Positions 19,254-27,150 of a stretch of DNA of 37,162 bases are shown in pieces; the first letter of the stretch is position 1, and the number at the start of each line of letters is the position of its first letter. A program made the position numbers and the translations under genes. The notes under the pieces are model-generated. The model ran no database searches, had not been told where the DNA came from, and saw only the letters and a program-made list of their open reading frames with translations. The stretch comes from Candidatus Aminicenantes bacterium (GTDB lineage Bacteria > Acidobacteriota > Aminicenantia > S016-38), in assembly GCA_021161165.1 (NCBI GenBank), contig JAGHBF010000114.1:1-37162 (forward strand), written 5' to 3'.

Positions 19254-20562
19254 AAAGCTTTTTGGCCTTTCCAGGGCAGAAACTGATATTAAAACAGAAT
19301 TCAGAGCAGGTACCATAACATTTCTATCAATGGCATATATAATTGCTGTGCAGCCGGTGGTCCTGTCCAAGGCAGGCATGGACCCCGGAGCTGTAATGGT
19401 GGCTACCTGCATAGCTTCAGCTTTTGCCACACTTTTTATGGGGCTTTATGCTAATTATCCTATCGGGCTTGCTCCGGGCATGGGCGAGAACTTCTATTTT
19501 TCATATTCCCTTGTTCAGGGAAGAGGAATACCATGGAGAGTTGCCCTTGGTGTGGTGTTCTGGTCGGGTTTGGCTTTTCTCGGCGTAACTCTTTTGAGGA
19601 TTAGAGAAAAGATAGTTGATGCCATTCCCAGAAGTTTAAAAAATGCAATTGCAGTAGGAATAGGATTTTTTATTGCCTATCTTGGACTGGAGGAGTCAGG
19701 ACTTGTGAGAATAAAGGGAGGAAATTTGTCCCTGGGCAATCTTCATAATCCAGGAACCCTCCTTGCCGTCATTGGACTTTTTATAATTGCATTTTTTATC
19801 ACCAGGAAAATAAAGGGAGCAATTTTTCTGGGAATGATAATAACTTTTCTTCTTGGAATTCCTGCTGGTATTGTTAAATTTCACGGGATAATCTCAAAAC
19901 CACCATCTCTTTCTCCTATATTGTTCAAGATGGATTTGAAGTCTTCTCTGTCTCTTTCGTTTCTTGTTCCAATAATAGCTTTCTTTATTATGGACATGTT
20001 CGATACAATAGGAACCCTCATCGGAGTGGCAGAACAGGCGGGGTTTATAGACAAAGAAGGTAAGATGCCCAGAATAAACAGGGCTCTTATTGTTGATGCT
20101 ACAGGGACGGTTTTTGGAGCAGGTCTGGGAACTTCTACAGTTACCTCTTACATTGAATCTGCCACAGGAGTTGCGGAGGGAGGAAAGACCGGCTTGACCT
20201 CTGTGTTCGTTTCCATTTACTTCGTACTTGCGCTTTTCTTTTATCCTCTTATCCAGAGTCTTGTCGGTGGTTATACTTGGAAAGGAGATACAGTGTATCC
20301 TGTTACCTCTCCTGTTTTGATAATCGTAGGAGCAATGATGTTTGCTAATATAAGAAAAATAGACCTTGATGATCCCACGGAATATATCCCTTCTCTTCTC
20401 ACAGTTCTCGGAATGCCGCTTACAATGAGCATATCTAATGGTCTGGGATTTGGATTTATAAGCTACTCACTGCTTAAATTAGTTTCAGGAAGGGGCAAAG
20501 AGGTTAGCCCCGTACTTCACATTCTAGCTCTTCTTTTTGTTTTGAAGTTTGCTTTTCTGTAA
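19246..20562 (+). CDS. NCS2-family (AzgA/PbuG-like) purine permease
   Basis: 438 aa and polytopic. The N-terminus FRAGTITFLSMAYIIAVQP and the later SYIESATGVAEGGKTGLTS are typical of adenine/guanine/hypoxanthine permeases. Confidence 0.8.
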   Translation: MLEKLFGLSRAETDIKTEFRAGTITFLSMAYIIAVQPVVLSKAGMDPGAVMVATCIASAFATLFMGLYANYPIGLAPGMGENFYFSYSLVQGRGIPWRVALGVVFWSGLAFLGVTLLRIREKIVDAIPRSLKNAIAVGIGFFIAYLGLEESGLVRIKGGNLSLGNLHNPGTLLAVIGLFIIAFFITRKIKGAIFLGMIITFLLGIPAGIVKFHGIISKPPSLSPILFKMDLKSSLSLSFLVPIIAFFIMDMFDTIGTLIGVAEQAGFIDKEGKMPRINRALIVDATGTVFGAGLGTSTVTSYIESATGVAEGGKTGLTSVFVSIYFVLALFFYPLIQSLVGGYTWKGDTVYPVTSPVLIIVGAMMFANIRKIDLDDPTEYIPSLLTVLGMPLTMSISNGLGFGFISYSLLKLVSGRGKEVSPVLHILALLFVLKFAFL

Positions 20563-20571
20563 AATTTTTAC

Positions 20572-21468
20572 ATGAAAATTGATATAGAAATAAAGGATGT
20601 CAGGAAAAGTTATAAGCAGGGTTTTTTCCTTGAAAAAAAAGAGGTTCTCCACGGCGTAAGCTTTAAGGTAAAAACAGGTGCTGTAGTTGGTCTTCTTGGA
20701 CCCAATGGAGCGGGAAAAACCACCACAATAAAAATACTTATGGGTATTTCAAACCCTGATTCTGGAGAGGTTTATATTTTTGGAAAAAGCCAATCAAAAA
20801 TGGTTCGGGAGAAAATAGGATTTCTTCCAGAGACACCCTATTTTTATGACTATCTTACGGGAAGAGAAATTCTGAAAAGTTTCGCAGGTTTTTTCAGTAT
20901 AAAAGTGAATGTCGAGCGCAGAATAGATGAGGTTATAGAACTCGTAGGGCTTAAAGGACATGAGAACAAATGGCTCCGCAGTTATTCAAAGGGAATGCTT
21001 CAGAGAATAGGTCTGGCTCAAGCAATTCTCCATGACCCTCAGCTTCTTGTTCTGGATGAACCCATGAGCGGACTTGATCCCATGGGAAGGAGAGAATTCA
21101 GAGATATAATTACCAGCCTTAAAAAGAGGGGGAAAACCATTCTTTTTTCATCCCATATTCTTCAGGATGTTGAAATGATTTGTGATGAGGTGGTAATGAT
21201 TTACAACGGTCGTGTTATAAAGCAGGGTGTTCTGGAGGAAATGCTAAGTGGGGAGATAAAATATTACGAAGTGACCGTGAAAGGGGTTGAAGTTCCGGGT
21301 TTTGAGCCTGAAAGAAGGTCGGGTAAAAGAGTGCTTTACAGGGTTGAGGAAAACGAAGTGGATGAACTCATAAAGAAAGTTGTTTCTGCAGGAGGGAAGG
21401 TAAAAGCTGTTATTCCCAGGTCCCTAAATCTTGAAGAGATATTTATAAGGGAGGTTCAAAAGGCATGA
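20572..21468 (+). CDS. ABC transporter ATP-binding protein (ABC-2 type)
   Basis: 298 aa with Walker A GPNGAGKTT, signature YSKGMLQR and Walker B LLVLDEP, plus a C-terminal extension of about 80 aa. Confidence 0.9.
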   Translation: MKIDIEIKDVRKSYKQGFFLEKKEVLHGVSFKVKTGAVVGLLGPNGAGKTTTIKILMGISNPDSGEVYIFGKSQSKMVREKIGFLPETPYFYDYLTGREILKSFAGFFSIKVNVERRIDEVIELVGLKGHENKWLRSYSKGMLQRIGLAQAILHDPQLLVLDEPMSGLDPMGRREFRDIITSLKKRGKTILFSSHILQDVEMICDEVVMIYNGRVIKQGVLEEMLSGEIKYYEVTVKGVEVPGFEPERRSGKRVLYRVEENEVDELIKKVVSAGGKVKAVIPRSLNLEEIFIREVQKA

Positions 21469-22226
21469 AGGGAATAAAAACAGTTGCTCTAATAACCTTC
21501 AAAGAAGGGGTCAGAGATAGAGTTTATCTTATTTTTCTTTTCTTTGCTGTGATACTTTTGCTTTTCTCTCTTTTTCTGGGGATGCTTGTTATAGGAGACC
21601 CCACAAAGATTATCGCAGATTTCGGGATGGCGGTCATGAGCCTTTTTGCGCTGCTTATCGTTGTGTTTGTTGGGGGAACCAGTTTTGCAAGGGAGATACA
21701 GAAAAAAACGGTAATTCTTGTTCTTTCCAAACCTGTTTCAAGGGAAGAATTTATGCTGGGGAAAATTCTTGGGGTGTGGTTCAATGTTTTTCTGAACATA
21801 ATTGCCATGGGCACTCTTCTTTTTCTCTTGCTTCTGCTAAGAGGAGCCAAAATGTGGGAAATTTTTGTGCATGCTTTTCTCCTTACACTCGAAATGGGAA
21901 TTCTAACTTCTGTGGCCCTGATGTTTTCTTCTTTCACCACCCAGTTCCTTTCAATGCTATTTACATTCAGCGTTTACATTGTTGGCCACCTTGCGACTAC
22001 AATTAAAAAGGCTTCTATGACGCTGAAATCAGGCGTCTCAAGAACAGTAGTTAAGGCTGTATCCTACGCTATACCCAATTTTGATTATTTCAATCTTAAA
22101 AATCAGATTGTTTATGGAATTAAAGTTCCTTCCATATTCTTTTATAAATCCACTGCCTATTTTTTACTTTTGTTTACATTTTTCACCATAATAGCAATGT
22201 GGGTTTTTAAGAAAAGAGAAGTATGA
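21465..22226 (+). CDS. ABC-2 family permease (NosY-like)
   Basis: 253 aa with about 6 TM segments. It has ATGA overlaps with both the ATPase and the downstream gene. Confidence 0.7.
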   Translation: MKGIKTVALITFKEGVRDRVYLIFLFFAVILLLFSLFLGMLVIGDPTKIIADFGMAVMSLFALLIVVFVGGTSFAREIQKKTVILVLSKPVSREEFMLGKILGVWFNVFLNIIAMGTLLFLLLLLRGAKMWEIFVHAFLLTLEMGILTSVALMFSSFTTQFLSMLFTFSVYIVGHLATTIKKASMTLKSGVSRTVVKAVSYAIPNFDYFNLKNQIVYGIKVPSIFFYKSTAYFLLLFTFFTIIAMWVFKKREV

Positions 22227-23059
22227 GGAAAGGATTCGTAATTGCATTGCTCGTTGTTCTCTATGGTGCAATGGTATATGAAAACCTTACCTACAGGAAA
22301 ATGCCTCTTCCATACGTTTACGGTGGATGGATAATAAGACTTCCTTCTCGTATGGTTAAATACTTTTCACTTGGTTATGATAATGTCATAGCGGATACAG
22401 TTTATATATGGGCTATTCAGTATTTTTCAAGTGCTGAAATTGACTTTAGAACAAGAGAAAGTAATTTAAGAAAATTTTTTGAGGCAATATGGTCCCTTGA
22501 TCCCAAATACCTTGAAACTTATTCCACTGCTGCCCTTATTGCGAACTATGATTTTGCAAATCCTCGTCTTGCTATAGAGCTCTTAATGGAGGGATATAAA
22601 CGAAATCCTGATGCGTGGGAACTACTATCAGAGGCGGCTTTTTATGCATTTAAATACGCCAAGGACTATCAACTTGCGCATGAACTTTATCTAAAAGCTT
22701 ATCAAATAAAACCCGACCCTTATTTCCTTTCCATGGCTGCCGGCATGCTTGAGAAAAAGAATCTGTTCAAAATTTCATGGCAATACTGGTGGAAGGTTTA
22801 CAAAACTGACAAAACAGGATATTTCAGGAAAGCCGCCGAAAGGCATCTATATAAGCTAAAATCGAAAATGGACATAGATGCTCTTTCAAAAGCTGTAAGG
22901 GAGTTTAAAAGAATAACTGGAAGATTACCCCTGTCTTTAGAAGAACTCAGGACAAAGGGATTGGTAAAGGAAATACCTCTTGATTTTTATGGGGATCCTT
23001 ATATATATGACCCTGAAACCGGTAAGATAAAACCCAGGAGAGAGCATCTGTGGAAGTAA
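22223..23059 (+). CDS. Membrane-anchored TPR-like protein with a prepilin-like N-terminus and a GspG-like C-terminal segment (function unknown)
   Basis: 278 aa. The N-terminus is MRKGFVIALLVVLYGAMVY. Central TPR-like repeats include RNPDAWELL and KDYQLAHELYLKAYQIKPD. The C-terminus is GRLPLSLEELRTKGLVKEIPLDFYGDPYIYDPETGKI. See findings. Confidence 0.55.
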   Translation: MRKGFVIALLVVLYGAMVYENLTYRKMPLPYVYGGWIIRLPSRMVKYFSLGYDNVIADTVYIWAIQYFSSAEIDFRTRESNLRKFFEAIWSLDPKYLETYSTAALIANYDFANPRLAIELLMEGYKRNPDAWELLSEAAFYAFKYAKDYQLAHELYLKAYQIKPDPYFLSMAAGMLEKKNLFKISWQYWWKVYKTDKTGYFRKAAERHLYKLKSKMDIDALSKAVREFKRITGRLPLSLEELRTKGLVKEIPLDFYGDPYIYDPETGKIKPRREHLWK

Positions 23060-23820
23060 TTTATGAAGCTTTCGCATTTATATTTGGACTTGTATGGGGT
23101 AGCTTCTTAAATGTCGTTATATACCGAGTTCCCGAGGGAATTTCAATAATAAAACCCGGTTCCTTCTGTCCTGTTTGCAAGAAGAAAATCGCTTGGTATG
23201 ACAACATACCGATTCTTAGTTACATAATTTTAAGAGGGAAGTGCAGACATTGTGGCTCGAAGATCCCCATTAAGTATCCACTTGTAGAATTCTTTTCAGG
23301 GCTGAGTTTTTTGCTCCTGTGGAGGAATTTTCATCAAATTCCTCTGGAGATTTTAAGGGGACTGGTTTTTGTGAGCCTTCTCATAATTCTTGCAGGAATT
23401 GACAGCGACAGGATGCTTTTGCCCGATATTTTTACCATTCCTGGAATAGCAGCAGGTATAGCGTTTTCTTTTTTTATTTCACCAGGTCCATTGTCCTCGA
23501 TCCTCGGAGCTCTGATAGGTTATCTTTCTCTCTGGCTGGTTTATAAATTGTTCCTCTTGCTCACAGGGAAGGAGGGATTGGGCTTCGGTGATTTTAAAAT
23601 GCTTGCAATGATTGGGGCTTTTATGGGTATAAAACAGTTGTTGCCGGTAATTATCGTTTCTTCTCTTCTGGGTAGCCTTTTTGGAATTGGAATTATACTG
23701 GTGAAGAAAAAGACCTTTTCAACTATGCTTCCATTTGGGGTTTTTCTTTCCATAGCCTCGTGGATTCTATACATTTTTAACCTGGACCTTTTTAACCTTT
23801 ATATGGGGCTGTGGCGGTGA
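23050..23820 (+). CDS. pilD: Prepilin peptidase / N-methyltransferase (A24 family)
   Basis: 256 aa with a GTG start. It has GSFLNVVIYRVP, Cys pairs CPVCKKKI...CRHCGSKI, and catalytic Asp motifs GIDSDRMLLPD and GFGDFKMLA. Confidence 0.9.
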   Translation: MEVIYEAFAFIFGLVWGSFLNVVIYRVPEGISIIKPGSFCPVCKKKIAWYDNIPILSYIILRGKCRHCGSKIPIKYPLVEFFSGLSFLLLWRNFHQIPLEILRGLVFVSLLIILAGIDSDRMLLPDIFTIPGIAAGIAFSFFISPGPLSSILGALIGYLSLWLVYKLFLLLTGKEGLGFGDFKMLAMIGAFMGIKQLLPVIIVSSLLGSLFGIGIILVKKKTFSTMLPFGVFLSIASWILYIFNLDLFNLYMGLWR

Positions 23821-24899
23821 GAAGGTATTCCCTCATTTTTATATTGATTATAGTGCTCGTCTGGATGCTGGTGGGTTTTCTTTTTGTTGTTCAGATAAGA
23901 CCCGATATTTCCCCGGAAAAACTGCGTAGTCTTAAACAGCTCTGGGGTATAGTTTCCCTTCTTTCTCTTTTGATGGTGACTCTTCTGGCGCTCCTTGCTT
24001 CCTTTGAAAGGGAGCCCAGGAGAGAGGAAGGGATGGAAGAGATTCTGGAAATGCTTTCCCGCAGAAGCAAACAGACAAGAGACCTTATTGAGGGGATTAT
24101 AAACCAGATGGAAAGCCCTGCCTTTGTTATAGAAGGGGGTAGAGTCAGCTTTCTGAACAGAGCGGCAGAGGATGTTGAAGAGCTAAAACCGGGCAGATTT
24201 GACGAAAAATCCTTGAGGGAGAGATATTTAGTTGAAAAGATAAGGATCACTCCAGGTGAACATGATGCTTTTCTTTACATTCTAAGGGATATAGAAAAGG
24301 AGAGGGAGAAAATAAGAGAGGAGGAGGAGACTAGGAGGCTTAGTTCCCTGGGAGAAATTGCCTCATTCCTCTCGCACGAAATTAAAAATTCATTATCTGT
24401 AATTTTAACCCTGTTCAAGACAGGAAAAAAGGAAGGAGTTTACGAGGAAATAGAAAGGATAAGAACCCTGGTTGATCAGTTCATGGAAGCTTCAAGGCCT
24501 TTGAAACCTGTATTGATAAGAAAGAAAATAGATAAGACATTTTTTGGAAGGTGGGAGAATATTTCTGTGGAGGGGGAAGCAGAAGCATTTGTTGACCCAT
24601 ATCTTTTGGAGCTTGTTTTTGAGAATATTTTTAAGAATTCAAAAGAAGCCGGTGCTGATAGAATTGAAGTGAAAATCGCTGAAAAAAAAGCGTCTGTTCT
24701 GGTGGAGATAAAAGATAACGGTATAGGTATAAAAAAGGAGGAGGAAGAAAAAATCTTTCTTCCTTTTTTCAGCGGAAAGGAAAATGGAAAAGGCCTTGGG
24801 CTTTTTTTTGTTAAGAAAGCCCTGCTATCAATGGGAGGCAATATAAAAGCAGTATCAGAACAGGGAGGTGCAAAATTTTTGGTAAACCTGAAAAAGTAG
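23811..24899 (+). CDS. Sensor histidine kinase (two N-terminal TMs with a minimal loop, PAS-like linker, HisKA + HATPase_c)
   Basis: 362 aa with H-box SFLSHEIKNSL, an N-box (FENIFKNSKEAGADRIEV), G1 IKDNGIGI and G2 GKGLGLFFVKK. No response regulator is in the window. Confidence 0.85.
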   Translation: MAVRRYSLIFILIIVLVWMLVGFLFVVQIRPDISPEKLRSLKQLWGIVSLLSLLMVTLLALLASFEREPRREEGMEEILEMLSRRSKQTRDLIEGIINQMESPAFVIEGGRVSFLNRAAEDVEELKPGRFDEKSLRERYLVEKIRITPGEHDAFLYILRDIEKEREKIREEEETRRLSSLGEIASFLSHEIKNSLSVILTLFKTGKKEGVYEEIERIRTLVDQFMEASRPLKPVLIRKKIDKTFFGRWENISVEGEAEAFVDPYLLELVFENIFKNSKEAGADRIEVKIAEKKASVLVEIKDNGIGIKKEEEEKIFLPFFSGKENGKGLGLFFVKKALLSMGGNIKAVSEQGGAKFLVNLKK

Positions 24900-25501
24900 T
24901 TATCTGCCTTTGTGGAGGCATTGCAACCGGTAAGACAACGGTCCTGAATGAGTGGCGAAAAATGGGCGCTAGGATTATCCGTGCGGATGAGGTTGGACAC
25001 CAGGTGCTGGAAGAGGATGATGTAAAAGAAGTTCTTGTGAAGAAATTCGGAACAGGAATTTTAACTGATGGAAAGATCGACAGAAAAAAACTTGGCAGGT
25101 TGGTATTCGGGGATAGGGAGGCTCTGAGTTTTCTCAATAAACTTACCCATCCGAGGATAAATAGAAAAATAAAGGAGATGATAGAAAAAATTGACGGACC
25201 TGTTGTTATAGAAGCGGCGATAGTTTTTGAAATGGGTCTTTACAAGCTTTGCGATTATATCGTGGCTACTTATTGCCCCAGAGAAGAACAGATGCTTAGA
25301 TTGCTGGAGAAGGGCTTCACAAGAGAAGAGGCAGAAGCAAGGCTTAGCTCTCAGATGCCTCCTGAATACTATGCGGGAAAATCCCATGTGATTATATTCA
25401 CCACAGAAAGTCCTGAAAAAACTCTGAAAGATGCCAGACAAATTTACAGGATGTTAACAAGAAAAGGGGGGAGAGTTGGGTTCCCAAAGAAGCAAAGTTG
25501 A
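24875..25501 (+). CDS. coaE: Dephospho-CoA kinase; start placed at a non-canonical ATT
   Basis: The ORF track starts at ATG 24962, but the Walker A loop (ICLCGGIATGKTT, 24902-24940) is encoded upstream in the same frame. The frame opens at 24815, and no ATG, GTG or TTG occurs before 24962. ATT at 24875 lies 4 nt after GGGAGGTG (24863-24870). The exact start is uncertain; the gene identity is not. Confidence 0.6.
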   Translation: MFGKPEKVVICLCGGIATGKTTVLNEWRKMGARIIRADEVGHQVLEEDDVKEVLVKKFGTGILTDGKIDRKKLGRLVFGDREALSFLNKLTHPRINRKIKEMIEKIDGPVVIEAAIVFEMGLYKLCDYIVATYCPREEQMLRLLEKGFTREEAEARLSSQMPPEYYAGKSHVIIFTTESPEKTLKDARQIYRMLTRKGGRVGFPKKQS

Positions 25502-26117
25502 AATAAAGGGCTTTGAAGCAAAGTATTATGATATTTTAATGGGATTGCTAACCTTTGGCCAGTATAACAAATGGATAAGAAGGGCTGTTAGGGGTACTGG
25601 AGTAGGGAGAGGTTTTAACGTTATTGAATTCGGTAGCGGAACAGGGGTAGCGGCATGTGAGTTTTCAAAGATAATTGGTGAAAGCGGGAGATACATAGGG
25701 TTCGACATTGGCGAAGAGATGATGGCTAAAGCAATAAAAAAATGCAGGAAAAGAAAAAATGTGGAATTTGCAAAGGAAAGAATAGAACATCCGATTAGAG
25801 TTCCCTTTAAAGCAGATATTGTTTTTATGTCCTTCGTTATGCATGGACTTGAAAATCAGGATAAGGAAAAAGTTATAAAAAATGCTTATCACAATTTAAA
25901 AGAAGGGGGGATTTTCGCAGTTTTTGATTATTCTCAGATTAAATACCAGGATGCCTCATGGTTTGCAAAGCTGCTTATTTGGAAGCTGGAGTGTCCTCTT
26001 GCAGGTGAATTTGCTGAGATGAATTTTCCTGAATTCGTTAAAAACTATGGTTTTGAATATTCGAAAGTGAAAAAATACTTCAGGGGATTGTTTTCCCTTT
26101 ACCTTTTCAGGAAATAA
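25476..26117 (+). CDS. Class I SAM-dependent methyltransferase
   Basis: 213 aa with a TTG start after a G-rich SD. Motif I is VIEFGSGTGV, and DIVFMSFVMHGL is also present. It overlaps coaE by 26 nt. Confidence 0.75.
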   Translation: MGSQRSKVEIKGFEAKYYDILMGLLTFGQYNKWIRRAVRGTGVGRGFNVIEFGSGTGVAACEFSKIIGESGRYIGFDIGEEMMAKAIKKCRKRKNVEFAKERIEHPIRVPFKADIVFMSFVMHGLENQDKEKVIKNAYHNLKEGGIFAVFDYSQIKYQDASWFAKLLIWKLECPLAGEFAEMNFPEFVKNYGFEYSKVKKYFRGLFSLYLFRK

Positions 26118-26205
26118 TAAATTTTCTTCCCCGAGAAAAGCACAACATTTGCTGTGAAACCTCTCTTTGGAAAAGAAAATTTATTATGGTAAAGTGAAAT
26201 TGATG

Positions 26206-27150
26206 AGGGTTCTAATTACAGGTGCTGCTGGCTTTATAGGTTCACATCTTGTGGAAAAATACCTTAAGGAGGGGTGGGAAGTTATAGGTCTTGACAATTT
26301 CTTGACAGGAAAGGTTGATAACATAGAAGAGTTTTTTGCTCATCCAAATTTCACCTTTATAAAATACGATGTTACCAATTTTTTATATGTTAAGGGTTCC
26401 CTTGATCTAATTCTCCATTTTGCCTGTCCTGCATCTCCCCTTCATTATATGAAGCATAAAATACATACCATGAAGGTTGATTCAATCGGGACTCTGCATG
26501 CTCTTGGCCTTGCAAAGGAGAAAAAAGCCCGATTTGTTCTCGCCTCAAGTTCTGAGGTTTATGGAGATCCTGAGATTACACCCCAGCATGAAGGTTATCG
26601 GGGAAATGTATCTCCCGTGGGTCCTCGATCTGTATACGATGAGGCAAAAAGATTTTCAGAAGCTCTTTCTATGGCTTATTACAGAGAACATGGGGTGGAC
26701 GTCAGAATAGCGAGAATTTTCAACACCTATGGAACGAAAATGGCTTTTGATGACGGAAGGGTGATACCGAATTTTCTCAAACAGGCTATTCTTGGGGAGC
26801 CGATAACCGTTTTCGGAGATGGTTCTCAAACTCGTTCTTTTTGCTATATAAAGGATATGGTTGAAGCTATTTACAAACTTTCTATAAAAGAAGGAATAGC
26901 TGGGGAAGTAGTAAACCTGGGAAATCCAGATGAGCTTACTATATTAAAGCTGGCAGAGATTATAAAAGATCTCACAGGTTCCTCTTCTGTCATAAAATTC
27001 CTTCCACTTCCTGAAGACGATCCGAAGCGTCGAAGGCCCGATATTTCCAAGGCAAAAAGATTGCTGAACTGGGAGCCAAAATATAATTTAAAAGAAGGAC
27101 TTGAGGAGGTAATTCCATGGTTCAAAAAAAGGATATTGAAAAAAGAATAG
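26206..27150 (+). CDS. UDP-glucuronate decarboxylase-like (UXS-type) extended SDR
   Basis: The start is set at MRVLITGAAGFIGSHL (ATG 26206), whereas the track starts at TTG 26167. It has a catalytic YDEAKR (YxxxK) and VRIARIFNTYG, typical of UDP-xylose synthases. Confidence 0.75.
   Translation, partial: RVLITGAAGFIGSHLVEKYLKEGWEVIGLDNFLTGKVDNIEEFFAHPNFTFIKYDVTNFLYVKGSLDLILHFACPASPLHYMKHKIHTMKVDSIGTLHALGLAKEKKARFVLASSSEVYGDPEITPQHEGYRGNVSPVGPRSVYDEAKRFSEALSMAYYREHGVDVRIARIFNTYGTKMAFDDGRVIPNFLKQAILGEPITVFGDGSQTRSFCYIKDMVEAIYKLSIKEGIAGEVVNLGNPDELTILKLAEIIKDLTGSSSVIKFLPLPEDDPKRRRPDISKAKRLLNWEPKYNLKEGLEEVIPWFKKRILKKE

Noticed and set aside
21524-21940. A 138-aa minus-strand ORF inside the ABC-2 permease gene, plus similar small ORFs at 2155-3333, 6636-7482, 10611-10928, 15110-15535, 17402-17801, 18685-18993 and 33594-34209
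   Set aside because: All are embedded in, or antisense to, longer motif-supported genes. I treated them as six-frame noise.
24476-25137. Minus-strand ORFs of 174 aa and 108 aa spanning the histidine kinase/coaE junction
   Set aside because: They lie antisense to two motif-supported genes, have Ser/Phe/Ile-rich shadow-frame composition, and show no recognisable domain.
26167-26205. A TTG start at 26167 for the UXS-like gene
   Set aside because: The Rossmann fold begins at MRVLITGAAGFIG (ATG 26206), and the 13-aa extension has no support. The exact start remains uncertain.
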